The position numbers and the translations under genes were made by a program. A DNA stretch of 64,000 nucleotides. It comes from Vulcanimicrobiaceae bacterium. Lineage in GTDB: Bacteria > Verrucomicrobiota > Verrucomicrobiia > Limisphaerales > Palsa-1400. Under the pieces are notes generated by a model. That model was not told where the DNA came from. It did not search any database and saw nothing but the letters and a program-made list of their open reading frames with translations. Of this stretch, positions 46,463-55,813 are shown piece after piece. Location of the stretch: the NCBI GenBank assembly GCA_035511075.1, contig DATKFW010000150.1:26960-90959 (forward strand). Reading direction: 5' to 3'. Numbering within the stretch: position 1 is the first letter of the stretch; each line of letters begins with the position of its first letter.

Positions 46463-47491
46463 TTACAATTTGAGTTTTAGCAGGCCCACTTCCAAAGCCA
46501 GGGCTTCCTGAACGTTGGTGTGGAGGTGCCGCTGCATGCGATCCATGACCTCCAGATTGGAAAGCGCGTCGGACGAAGAGAGCCGCCCGGCAACCGCGCG
46601 TCCCGCCGGGGCCAGACCTGGAAAAGCCAGCAGGTCGGCGCCCGAAATCAGGGTTTGAAGCCAGACATCGCGCAGCCACCATTGGAGCGCGCCGACCAGA
46701 TCGGTGCGTTGGCGGCGGTATTCGGCTTCGACGGCTGCCGCCAGTTCGTCCTCGAGTTTTTCGCGCATCCTGGGGTCCAAATCCTCGTAACGTTCCAACG
46801 GCGAGCGGGCGCCGAGGATTTTCTCAATTTCGTCCTTTTGTTCGGCGAGCTTCTTGAGGATCAAGCCGAGCAACCGGTAGCGCGACAGCAGACCGCCGGA
46901 AGCGGCCGCAGCCATGCCGCCGAAAGCGGACAACCATTCCACCTGGTCCGGTTCAAAGTGCGTTCCCTCGCCGGCAAAACAAAGCCGCAGGCACCGGGAG
47001 AGGATTGTCTCGAGAATCCGTTGCGGCTCAGTTGTCAGCAATATCAAGATCGAATTGGCAGGCGGTTCTTCGAGGGTTTTCAAGAATGCATTTGCGGCGG
47101 CTAGGTTCAAACGGTCGGCGCAGACGATGACGGCCACTTTGAACTTCGCCGAAGTGGGCTTGAGGTTCATGGTCTGCATCAAGTCCCGCATTTGCTCGAT
47201 GGTGATGATGCGCGATTTGGATTCGGGCCGGACCCAGAGAATATCGGGATGATTGGCGTTGTCGATGCGGCGGCAACTGTCGCATTGGTCGCAACAATCC
47301 AGGGGCAATCCGTTGGGGGCACGCTTTGAGGGTGATTGGCAATTGAGGGTTTTGGCCAGTGTCCGGGCCATGCCCTCCAACTCGGCGCTCGAATTGCCGG
47401 TGAACAGGTAGGCATGAGCGAGCCGATCACGATCCAGGCTGCGTTGGAGCAGTTGGACGACCCTGGTTTGCTCTGGAAAATCCGAAAACAT
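46463..47491 (-). CDS. holB: DNA polymerase III delta' subunit
   Basis: HAYLF, Zn motif CDQCDSC, HPD, AANAFLKTLEEP, TILSRC. Confidence 0.92.
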   Translation of the reverse strand: MFSDFPEQTRVVQLLQRSLDRDRLAHAYLFTGNSSAELEGMARTLAKTLNCQSPSKRAPNGLPLDCCDQCDSCRRIDNANHPDILWVRPESKSRIITIEQMRDLMQTMNLKPTSAKFKVAVIVCADRLNLAAANAFLKTLEEPPANSILILLTTEPQRILETILSRCLRLCFAGEGTHFEPDQVEWLSAFGGMAAAASGGLLSRYRLLGLILKKLAEQKDEIEKILGARSPLERYEDLDPRMREKLEDELAAAVEAEYRRQRTDLVGALQWWLRDVWLQTLISGADLLAFPGLAPAGRAVAGRLSSSDALSNLEVMDRMQRHLHTNVQEALALEVGLLKLKL

Positions 47492-47503
47492 GGCTGAATC
47501 GTG

Positions 47504-47911
47504 TTACTGCGCGACTTTTTGATCGATTCGTTTGACCGCCAGCGGAATGCTCGACAACGGGCGGCCATCGAATGACAAATCAATCGAGTAAAGCCCTGTT
47601 TTTTCCAGCTTCAACTGCTGGATGTTCAAGATGAAATTGCGTGAGACGAACGTGGCGTCCGGCGGAAAAGTCACGTCCACCGGGACATCCATGCTGGACA
47701 TGATAGGCTGGCCGTCCTCATCGACAAAATTCATGACCAGCATGTGCTGGCCTTCCTCCATCCGATCAAAGGCGATGCGTGTGGCTATCGAACATTGGGG
47801 ATGGTGGGCGGGCAATTCGGGCGTATAAATGGTATCGAAGGTTCCCAGCAGATTGAGTTTGCCATTATAGTCGGTCGCCGCGTCGCACAAAACCGCCACC
47901 TGAATCGTCAT
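47504..47911 (-). CDS. Conserved beta-rich hypothetical protein (DUF6941-like)
   Basis: LCDAA...GKLNLLG.FD.I, G.YSI.L.DG pattern. Confidence 0.75.
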   Translation of the reverse strand: MTIQVAVLCDAATDYNGKLNLLGTFDTIYTPELPAHHPQCSIATRIAFDRMEEGQHMLVMNFVDEDGQPIMSSMDVPVDVTFPPDATFVSRNFILNIQQLKLEKTGLYSIDLSFDGRPLSSIPLAVKRIDQKVAQ

Positions 47912-48007
47912 AGTAATGTTGTTCCCCCAGTGTACGGGGGCGGCGGAATTAAAGCAGCAATTATTTCGGAGGGCGCGCCGCGGGATCAGGCTGGCTTCGG
48001 GGGATTC

Positions 48008-48796
48008 TCAGAAACAGGCGCGAACGACGCCGCCGTCCACGCGAAGAGCCGCGCCGCTGATGGCTGAAGCGACCGGACTGCACACAAATGTCACCAAACT
48101 GGCAATTTCTTCCGGCGTTTCAAACCGCTTGATCAGCGAACTGGGCCGGACGCTCTCAAAAAACTCCTTCTCGAAGATCGCGAAGGGCTTGCCTCCACTG
48201 AGCTTGGTCACAAATTCCTCCACGCCGAAGGAGCGAGTCGGCCCCGGGAGAATGGAATTAACGGTGACGCCGGTCCCGGAGCAATACTCCGCCAGGCCGC
48301 GCGAGACGGCGAGCTGGGCGGTCTTGGTGGTGCCGTAGTGAATCATCTCCACGGGCGTTTGAATGGCGCTCTCGCTGCTGATGAAAATGATTCGCCCCCA
48401 CGTGCGCTGCTTCATGCCGGGAAGATAAGCGCGGCTCAGGCGCACACCGCTGAGCACGTTGACATCGAAGAACCTCCGCCAATCCTCATCGGGAATTTGC
48501 TCGAACGGTTTGGGTTCAAAGATGCCGAGGTTGTTGACGAGAATGTCCACCGCGTCGAACTGCTGGAGCAAAGAGCCGACCGCCTCCACCGTTGAAAGGT
48601 CCCCCGTGAACCCTTCGACTTTGGCCTCCGGCGAAGCGTGCCGAATCTGTTCCACCGCGCCGGCGACGGCTTTGTCAGAACGTCCGTTTACGATGACATG
48701 GGCGCCCTCGGCGGCCAATTGGCCTGCAATAGCGAAGCCAATTCCTTTGGTGGAGCCTGAGATCAGTGCCGTCTTATCAGTAAGCTTTAGGTTCAT
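48008..48796 (-). CDS. Short-chain dehydrogenase/reductase
   Basis: SGSTKGIG, ILVNNLG, YGTTK (YxxxK), LRVDGG. Confidence 0.95.
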   Translation of the reverse strand: MNLKLTDKTALISGSTKGIGFAIAGQLAAEGAHVIVNGRSDKAVAGAVEQIRHASPEAKVEGFTGDLSTVEAVGSLLQQFDAVDILVNNLGIFEPKPFEQIPDEDWRRFFDVNVLSGVRLSRAYLPGMKQRTWGRIIFISSESAIQTPVEMIHYGTTKTAQLAVSRGLAEYCSGTGVTVNSILPGPTRSFGVEEFVTKLSGGKPFAIFEKEFFESVRPSSLIKRFETPEEIASLVTFVCSPVASAISGAALRVDGGVVRACF

Positions 48797-48966
48797 AAGT
48801 TACGGTGAGAATTTGCACCAGGAATGGGAGTCAGACAACCGGAGAATTAGGTTGGCGAAATCGGGCTTGCGTGTATACAATAGAATAACTTATGCGAGGA
48901 ATAGCGTGAACAACAACTTGCACTGGTTCGCGTTCGGCGTCAGTCGCCACGGGTATTGTACATTCT

Positions 48967-49296
48967 ATGGGCAATGATCCCATTTTGCGATTCACGCTTT
49001 TAGTTCTATTCCAGGCACAGCAAGATCGCGCCACGGAGCTTGTTATCGATCCCTTCGAAACGGAAGGCACTCCTATCAGATACAAAGTTGGGGAGGCCTG
49101 GTATGGCATGTCGCCCCCTCCTCTACACATCCTGCCTGGCGTAGCGGCTGAGCTGGGGAGGTTGGCGGCCTTCCCCGATGGAGCATTTCCGAAGGAGGGC
49201 CCCATTGACGTGTCCTACTCGGGTGCTCGTTTGGGTTGGAAAATCCGGATGGCCAGCCCGCGTGCGGCGTACATCCTTACTCCTATCCGGGAATGA
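48967..49296 (+). CDS. Stand-alone protein resembling the N2 domain of GspE/PilB secretion ATPases
   Basis: PILRF..LVLFQA.QDRA....PFE....IRY.V....Y.M.PPP.H..P aligns by eye to the GspE/PilB N2 consensus; no Walker motifs. Confidence 0.65.
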   Translation: MGNDPILRFTLLVLFQAQQDRATELVIDPFETEGTPIRYKVGEAWYGMSPPPLHILPGVAAELGRLAAFPDGAFPKEGPIDVSYSGARLGWKIRMASPRAAYILTPIRE

Positions 49297-49310
49297 TACA
49301 AAGAAATCGT

Positions 49311-50066
49311 TCAAGCATTCAGGCTGCTTAGTTCATAATTGATGATCGAGAGGGTGTATACGGCGGCGGTCTCGCTGCGCAGGATCAACGGGCCAAGCGT
49401 CATCGGATGGGCGCCGGATTTTTCTATCGCCTCAACTTCGCCGGGCGAGAAATCTCCCTCGGGACCAATCCATGCCACGACGCTGGCCGGACGGCGGCGA
49501 TGCTCGCTCTCGTAACTCAGAAAATATTCGCGGGGATGCCGCGCGCGTTCTTGCAGGGAGCCGATCAATGCCAAATCGAACGTCTCGGCGCGGGAGAGGA
49601 GCGCCGGCAGGGGAATGGGCGGTTCCACTCTCGGAAGCCAGCGCTGGCCGCATTGTTTGATCGCTTCCACGGCGGTCTGCCGCCATTTTTCGGCCTTGCG
49701 CTCCACCGATTCGCCTTCCAAATGCGTTGCCACCCGCTCGGAGAGCAGGGGGATGATGCGCCAGACGCCCAGTTCGGTCGCTTTCTGAATTATGGATTCG
49801 AGGATTTTTCCTTTCGGAACGGCCTGCACCAACGTGATGAGGCAGGCAGGCGCGGGAGAGTTACTGGTTTGAAGTATTTTGAGCTGAATGGCTTTCCGTT
49901 CAACCTTCTCGACGCGACAAAAAAATTCACGGCCCTCACCATCCAGGATGGCGGCGTCTTCACCCGGGCGAAGACGCAAAACCTCTGCGGCGTGGCGCGC
50001 CTCGCCGCCGGTGAGAGTGAGTTGATCGGACTGGCATTGGCGCGGCGGGAGATAAAAGCGGCGCAT
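49311..50066 (-). CDS. rsmE: 16S rRNA m3U1498 methyltransferase
   Basis: H...VLRL, QKATELGV, EAIKQCG, IGPEGDF, LGPLILRSETA. Confidence 0.95.
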   Translation of the reverse strand: MRRFYLPPRQCQSDQLTLTGGEARHAAEVLRLRPGEDAAILDGEGREFFCRVEKVERKAIQLKILQTSNSPAPACLITLVQAVPKGKILESIIQKATELGVWRIIPLLSERVATHLEGESVERKAEKWRQTAVEAIKQCGQRWLPRVEPPIPLPALLSRAETFDLALIGSLQERARHPREYFLSYESEHRRRPASVVAWIGPEGDFSPGEVEAIEKSGAHPMTLGPLILRSETAAVYTLSIINYELSSLNA

Positions 50067-50072
50067 GAAGGA

Positions 50073-51191
50073 TCAACCAAAAAGGTTCCGGGCCTTCTCG
50101 AAGAAGCTCTTGCTGATGGGATGGACCTGTTCGTCGCAGGACTTGGCGAAGTCCTCCAATTTTGCGCGTTGGATGGAGTTCAGATGCGTGGGAACTTCGA
50201 CCTGGACGCGCACCAGCAGATCGCCGTGTCCATAGCCCTGGACGTTCTTGATGCCTTTGCCTTTAAGGCGAAAGACCATGCCGGCCTGGGTGCCTGGGGG
50301 CACCTTGACCTCGGCAGACCCTGTCAGAGCCGGGACATTGATGACGCCTCCCAGCGCGGCTTGCGCAAAACTGATGGGCACTTCGCATGTCAAATCGTCC
50401 CCGTCGCGTCCGAATATCTCGTGGCGCTTGACGTGAATAACGACATATAAATCGCCGGGCGGTCCGCCGCGCGCGCCCGCCTCTCCATTGCCCGAAGAAC
50501 GCAGCCGCGCACCGCCATCAACGCCGGGCGGAACCTTGATTTTGATCTTGGAAGTGCGGTCACGGCGTCCGACGCCGCCGCAGACCCGGCAGGGCTTGTC
50601 GATGACGCGCCCGCGTCCCTCGCACCGCGGGCAGGTTTGCGCGATGCTGAAGATGCCGCGGGAAGAAATGACCTGGCCGCGCCCGCCGCAGACGGCGCAA
50701 GTCTTGGCGGTGGCGCCCGGTTCGGCGCCGCTGCCGTGGCAGGATTCGCAGGCGTCGGGTTTGGTGACGGTGATTTCTTTTTCGCTGCCCTGGGCGGCTT
50801 CCATGAAAGTCAATTCCAGGTCGTAGCGCAAATCGTCTCCACGCTGGGGGCCGCTCGCGCGCTGTTGGCCGCCGCCGAAAATATCGTCGAAAATGCCGGA
50901 GCCTCCGAACACCTCGCGAAAAATGTCGGTGGGATCGTGAAAACCGCCGCGGCCGCGGGAGCGCGAACTAAAGGCGGCGTGGCCGTATTGGTCATAGGCG
51001 CCGCGGGAGACCGGATCGCTGAGGGCTTCGTACGCTTCGCCCAGTTCCTTGAATTTTTCCTCGGCCGTTTTGTCGTGCGGGTTGCGATCGGGATGAAATT
51101 TCAAGGCCAGCTTGCGGTAGGCCTTTTTAATCTCCTCCATATCGGCGGCGCGATCCACGCCAAGGACTTCGTAATAATCTCGTTTTGACAT
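50073..51191 (-). CDS. dnaJ: Chaperone DnaJ
   Basis: J domain with HPD, G/F region, four CxxCxGxG motifs. Confidence 0.97.
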   Translation of the reverse strand: MSKRDYYEVLGVDRAADMEEIKKAYRKLALKFHPDRNPHDKTAEEKFKELGEAYEALSDPVSRGAYDQYGHAAFSSRSRGRGGFHDPTDIFREVFGGSGIFDDIFGGGQQRASGPQRGDDLRYDLELTFMEAAQGSEKEITVTKPDACESCHGSGAEPGATAKTCAVCGGRGQVISSRGIFSIAQTCPRCEGRGRVIDKPCRVCGGVGRRDRTSKIKIKVPPGVDGGARLRSSGNGEAGARGGPPGDLYVVIHVKRHEIFGRDGDDLTCEVPISFAQAALGGVINVPALTGSAEVKVPPGTQAGMVFRLKGKGIKNVQGYGHGDLLVRVQVEVPTHLNSIQRAKLEDFAKSCDEQVHPISKSFFEKARNLFG

Positions 51192-51200
51192 AGGGGCGGA

Positions 51201-51755
51201 TCAGGGCTTCCTGGCGACAACGACGCCGGCGGCCCGAAGGAGGCGATTGCGAAACCTGTACCCCTTGCGAATTTGGCGCAGGACGCGTCCTTCGGGAACC
51301 TCGTTGGTTTGCTCTTGTGAAATGGCTTCGTGGATGTTCGGGTCGAAGGGTTTGCCGGCGGCATTGATTTCTTCAAGGCCGGAATCGGCAAGGATGGTTT
51401 TCAATTGGTTGGAAACCATGACAATGCCCGCTTGAAGCGATTGGGCGGCGGCCGGTTCTTTGGGATTGGCGTTGGCGGCAAGGGCCATTTCAAAGGCGTC
51501 CATAACCGGGAGTAATTTGGTCAGCAAACTTTCGTTGGCGTAAGCGACGGCGTCCTGGCGTTCGCGGACCGCGCGTTTCTTGTAATTTTCCAGGTCGGCA
51601 GTTTGGCGGAGGAGCCGGTCCCAATACTCGTCGGCCTTGGCGGCGCGTTCCTTTAGTTGCTCAATTTTTTCCGGGGTCGAAGGCACGACGGTGGGCAAAC
51701 CCTCCGCTTGTGCCTCGCCTCCGCCAGAATTCCCGCTCTTTTCATGATCTTCCAT
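51201..51755 (-). CDS. grpE: Nucleotide exchange factor GrpE
   Basis: ADLENYKKR, LLPVMD, FDPNIHEA, KGY...RLLR.A.V.V. Confidence 0.95.
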   Translation of the reverse strand: MEDHEKSGNSGGGEAQAEGLPTVVPSTPEKIEQLKERAAKADEYWDRLLRQTADLENYKKRAVRERQDAVAYANESLLTKLLPVMDAFEMALAANANPKEPAAAQSLQAGIVMVSNQLKTILADSGLEEINAAGKPFDPNIHEAISQEQTNEVPEGRVLRQIRKGYRFRNRLLRAAGVVVARKP

Positions 51756-51809
51756 GCCTTAAGGAATAAAGCACATCGGGGAAATCTTCAACCTTGACGC
51801 GAGTTTTCT

Positions 51810-52592
51810 TTACAGCGCAACGGTGGGGCTGGGAACATCCTGCGAAGTGGATTCCAGGCAAACGTGCGTGCCTCCGAGCCGCGTCAGGCGAGCCGCCACG
51901 ACCTGGCGCGCCAATTCGGGCCGGTTGCAATCGCGGCTCAAATGACCCAGATAAAGCCGGCGCAATTGACAGGAAAGAATCTGTTCGACCACGTCGGCGG
52001 CGCCGTCGTTGGAAAGATGCCCGTGGCGGCTCAAAATGCGTTGTTTCAAACTCCAGGGACGGCGCGGGTCCTCCTGCAACATTTTCAGATCGTGGTTGGC
52101 TTCCAGCAGGAGCACGTTGGCGGCGCGGACGCGTTCGACGACCAGTTTCGTGGCGTGCCCGAGGTCGGTCAGAAAGCCGATGTTTCCCGCTTCCGTACGC
52201 AACAGGAATCCGACCGGATCATAGGCATCGTGCGGGACGGAAAAAGTGTCGACGGTGACATCGCCGATCTCGAAGGAAGCGCCCGTGGAGAAGAGGCGCG
52301 CGTTGATTTGAATATGCAATTGCGCCTCGATGGCTTCCTTGGTCAGGCGATTGCAATAAATGGGCAAGCGCAGCTTTGCCGCCAATCCCACCAGGCCTGA
52401 AATGTGATCGGAATGCTCATGGGTGATGAGCACGCCGTCCAGCGTTTCTGGAGCGCGCGCGATTCCTGCCAGCCGATTGCGGATTTGACGTCCGCTGAAT
52501 CCGGCATCGATCAAGAGCCGAGTTTGGGCTGTTTCCAAATAGGCGCAATTTCCCCCCGAACCGCTGCCCAGAATAGTCAAATGAACCGGCAC
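51810..52592 (-). CDS. MBL-fold metallo-hydrolase (YycJ/WalJ/PhnP-like)
   Basis: LGSGSGGN, IDAG, THEHSDH, VPHD, TDLG, EANHD, GHLSN, HLS. Confidence 0.92.
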   Translation of the reverse strand: MPVHLTILGSGSGGNCAYLETAQTRLLIDAGFSGRQIRNRLAGIARAPETLDGVLITHEHSDHISGLVGLAAKLRLPIYCNRLTKEAIEAQLHIQINARLFSTGASFEIGDVTVDTFSVPHDAYDPVGFLLRTEAGNIGFLTDLGHATKLVVERVRAANVLLLEANHDLKMLQEDPRRPWSLKQRILSRHGHLSNDGAADVVEQILSCQLRRLYLGHLSRDCNRPELARQVVAARLTRLGGTHVCLESTSQDVPSPTVAL

Positions 52593-52651
52593 GAATTGAC
52601 CTTAAGAGGCGGTTCGGTTGTGGGCAACCTTTTTCCGGAAGACGATCCGTT

Positions 52652-52738
52652 TTGGAGTGCGGCGACATGTCGCCGCTTTGGAAGCGCGGACATGTCAGTC
52701 AGACCAGATGAGGCACCGTCCGCGGCGCCGCGCTCCAA
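52652..52738. repeat. REP-like palindromic element (TTGGAGTGCG...CGCTCCAA)
   Basis: Ends TTGGAGTGCGG / CCGCGCTCCAA; perfect 18-bp palindrome GCGGCGACATGTCGCCGC (52659-52676); second, interrupted GCGCGGACATGTC arm. Confidence 0.7.
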
Positions 52739-52739
52739 T

Positions 52740-53393
52740 TCACAGCAAATGCGCCAGGCGGTGCAGGACGCGGTCGTTGCATCTGACCCACGTGGAGAGC
52801 GCCCCGAAGAGGCCGTGGCCTGTCAACAACGGAACGCCGATGGCCAGCACGAGGGCGTTTCCTAGGAAAATGATCACGGCGGAAAAGAGCCAGCCCTGGC
52901 TGGTGATATCGGTCTGGCGGGTCTTCAATATTTCGGAGGTCAACGTGACATGGAACGCGTACGCCGCGCCCAAGAGCAGATGAAACCACGGCAGATAAGC
53001 CCGGCGCCAATGCCAGAGCAACTCGCCAACCACAAACACAACGACGACAAGCACGGCATAAAAAGGGAAAAAATAGGGCGCCAGCGCGATGAGGAAGTTA
53101 TTTTTGGTGGTGATGACATGCCCGCCCGATGAGCGGGCTTTGAAACCCCTGATGCTGCCGCCAAAAATCCACGTCCAAAGCGCGTGGGTCAACTCATGGC
53201 CGAAGACATAGACCCACATCGGTTTTGGAAGCAGCAGGAAAACGACCACCCAGCAGGCGGCCCCTGCCAGCATTGGCATCCAGACCTCTGCCATGGCGCC
53301 GGCGCCCGTGAGCGCCATCCAAACGGCCTCCGCTGTCCCAAGGCAAATCGGCAGGAGAAGAATTGCCACAATCATCTTGAGCCATTTCGGCAT
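52740..53393 (-). CDS. Membrane zinc metalloprotease, M50B-like
   Basis: Start reassigned to ATG 53393; HELTH in a TM context, downstream ALAPYF and TD motifs. Confidence 0.78.
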   Translation of the reverse strand: MPKWLKMIVAILLLPICLGTAEAVWMALTGAGAMAEVWMPMLAGAACWVVVFLLLPKPMWVYVFGHELTHALWTWIFGGSIRGFKARSSGGHVITTKNNFLIALAPYFFPFYAVLVVVVFVVGELLWHWRRAYLPWFHLLLGAAYAFHVTLTSEILKTRQTDITSQGWLFSAVIIFLGNALVLAIGVPLLTGHGLFGALSTWVRCNDRVLHRLAHLL

Positions 53394-53400
53394 GAGAGAC

Positions 53401-53428
53401 CGTATAGCGCCGGTCCGCGCGTGGTCAA
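53401..53428 (-). promoter_or_regulatory. Putative sigma70 promoter giving a near-leaderless mRNA
   Basis: TTGACC-N16-TATACG ending 7 nt before ATG 53393. Confidence 0.45.
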
Positions 53429-53607
53429 CGGAACATTCATCGGCCAACGGGCCGGCCGGAATGTCGCTATGATTGACGAGCCGGGCGGCAGGGTCAATAA
53501 TCCAGGATCGGGGCGCGAGAACGATCAGTTTCGGCGGATCCACTCGAAGGCGCCGGCGCCATTGAACACAATCGCCAAAGTCGCGATCAAACCGGAAGGA
53601 CTACACA

Positions 53608-54783
53608 GTGAGACATGGCCCAATTGAGACGGGTGTGGCGGCTTGCATTTGCGCGCTGGCATGGAACGCGGCGGCGCAGTCGGCCCAGACACTGGTCCGG
53701 CCACCCGACATTTCTTTCCGGAACGAGGTCCAGCACGCCATCGACCAGGGCGTACAGTGGCTGCAATCCAACCAAAACACAAATGGCTGGTGGTCCACCG
53801 CCGATCAACCGGCGTTGACCGCGCTGGCATTGAGCGCGCTGATGGGCGAGCCTTCCGGGGCGCTGCGTGCCACTCCGACTCCGGGCGTCGCGCGCGGCTA
53901 CAAATTCATCACCGACCACGCCAAGCCGGACGGCGGCATTTACGAAAAAGGGCTGATGAATTACAACACGTCCATTTGCATGATGGGATTGATGGCGGCG
54001 CGAAATCCGCAGTATGACGGGGTGCTTCGGAAAGCGCGGCAATGGCTCATCAGCCGGCAGGTTGATCTCAACGGGACGGGCACGAAGAATTCGCCATTGG
54101 ATTGCGGTGGTGGTTACGGCGACGGTGGAAACCACGCGGACATGAACAATACGATGACCGCGCTGGAAGCTCTTTACTACAGCAAATACCTCGAGCCGAC
54201 CGGCGAGAAAACTCCGGCGGGCGCAAGGGACTTGAATTGGGCGGCGGCGATTCGTTTCGTTGAGTCGTGCCAGAACCTACCGCCCTTCAACACAGAGCCG
54301 TGGGTTTCCACGGATTCACGGGACAAGGGCGGATTCGTCTATGAACCGGGGGAGAGCAAGGCCGACGCGGTGACCAATGCGGCGGGCCGGACGGCGTTGC
54401 GTTCCTACGGCTCGATGAGCTGCGCGGGATTGCTCAGTTACGTTTACGCCAACGTCAAACCGGACGATCCCCGCGTTCTGGGGGTCTATGACTGGCTCCG
54501 CAACAACTTCACGGCGGATGAAAACCCTGGCATGGGCCAGCAAGGCTTGTATTATTATTTGCATCTGATGACCAAAGCCCTGACGATTTACGGGATTGAC
54601 CAACTGCCGCTGATGGACGGGCAAAGCGTTGATTGGCGACGGGAAGTGGCCATGAAATTGATCAATCTGCAAAATGCCGACGGTTCCTGGGCCAACGAGG
54701 ACGGGCGCTGGCGGGAACATGATCCCGTCGTGGCGACCTTTTATGCGGTAATGTCGCTTGAAATCCTGTATCGCGGGTTATAA
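53608..54783 (+). CDS. Exported prenyltransferase/squalene-oxidase repeat protein (alpha-alpha toroid)
   Basis: Signal peptide; QW-like repeats WLQSNQNTNGWW, KPDGGI, LINLQNADGSW; no DxDD motif. Confidence 0.85.
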   Translation: MRHGPIETGVAACICALAWNAAAQSAQTLVRPPDISFRNEVQHAIDQGVQWLQSNQNTNGWWSTADQPALTALALSALMGEPSGALRATPTPGVARGYKFITDHAKPDGGIYEKGLMNYNTSICMMGLMAARNPQYDGVLRKARQWLISRQVDLNGTGTKNSPLDCGGGYGDGGNHADMNNTMTALEALYYSKYLEPTGEKTPAGARDLNWAAAIRFVESCQNLPPFNTEPWVSTDSRDKGGFVYEPGESKADAVTNAAGRTALRSYGSMSCAGLLSYVYANVKPDDPRVLGVYDWLRNNFTADENPGMGQQGLYYYLHLMTKALTIYGIDQLPLMDGQSVDWRREVAMKLINLQNADGSWANEDGRWREHDPVVATFYAVMSLEILYRGL

Positions 54784-54787
54784 AAGG

Positions 54788-55633
54788 ATGCTTATGCGTT
54801 TGTTTGAAGCCGTACTTGCCGCGAATCAGCGTGCGTTGGCTGGTGACCCCTCCGCCGGGGTCCGGATCGCCGATTATACCGATGAACTGCCGATAGTGGC
54901 CTTGACGTGCATTGATCCGAGATTGAACCGGCTGCTTCCCGGCGTACTGGGCCTGCCGGACGACAAGTTCATCTGGCTGCGCAACGCCGGCAATATCATC
55001 ACCGGTCCGCTCAGCAGCACCATGCGTTCGTTGGCGCTTGCGTGCGCGATCAAAGGGGGGCGGGAAATCGCGGTCATCGGCCATACCGATTGCCATGTGC
55101 GGCAAACCACCGCCGCCGCGCTGCTGGAAAAATTCAAGGCCCTGGGGGTAGGGCGTGAAAAATTGCCGGATAACCTCACGGAATACTTCGGGCTTTTTGC
55201 GGGCGAACGGCAAAACGTCATCCGCGGCGTGGACATCATCCGGAGCAGCCCGTTGATCTCGCCAAGGACATTTGTGCAAGGGCTGATGGTGGACATTCAA
55301 ACCGGCAGCATCGATTGGGTCGTCAACGGCTACGAAATGCCGCCGCAGGTGGGGGTTGCGCCGGCTGGGTTGCAATTCCCGTCGCCGGAGTGGATCATCG
55401 GTTCGGGAGCCGGAAACAATGCCTTTGAGATGGGCGAAATGAAATCATCGGACTTGCAGATCGGAGAGACGGCGGGGAAAGCGGTGGATGCACCCGTCGC
55501 GGCCCAGGCGGCGTCCGTTGGCACCGCCCCTGCTACGCCGCCGGCAGCGCCGCCGATTCTGGCGGCGCCGCAGCGAGGGCGGTCAATTCCGCTGCCGCCA
55601 CCCATTCGGATGAGGCCTGGAAAACGACCATAA
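54788..55633 (+). CDS. Beta-class carbonic anhydrase (clade D-like) with Pro/Ala-rich tail
   Basis: CIDPR (CxDxR), RNAGN and HTDC (HxxC) zinc ligands. Confidence 0.9.
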   Translation: MLMRLFEAVLAANQRALAGDPSAGVRIADYTDELPIVALTCIDPRLNRLLPGVLGLPDDKFIWLRNAGNIITGPLSSTMRSLALACAIKGGREIAVIGHTDCHVRQTTAAALLEKFKALGVGREKLPDNLTEYFGLFAGERQNVIRGVDIIRSSPLISPRTFVQGLMVDIQTGSIDWVVNGYEMPPQVGVAPAGLQFPSPEWIIGSGAGNNAFEMGEMKSSDLQIGETAGKAVDAPVAAQAASVGTAPATPPAAPPILAAPQRGRSIPLPPPIRMRPGKRP

Positions 55634-55813
55634 GTCCATTATATTCGGGATTGACGAGGATCGATTTATTAGTTCTTATCTAAGTGTAGAAATAACGCGA
55701 ACGCAGGAAAGCGGATTTGAGCTTCCTGAAAGGGACCCTAACCAAGTCCTCAGCGGTGAAGGTTCCGCTTATTCTAGGGCCGACGGATTCTTACCCCCCC
55801 AGACAGAAGTATT

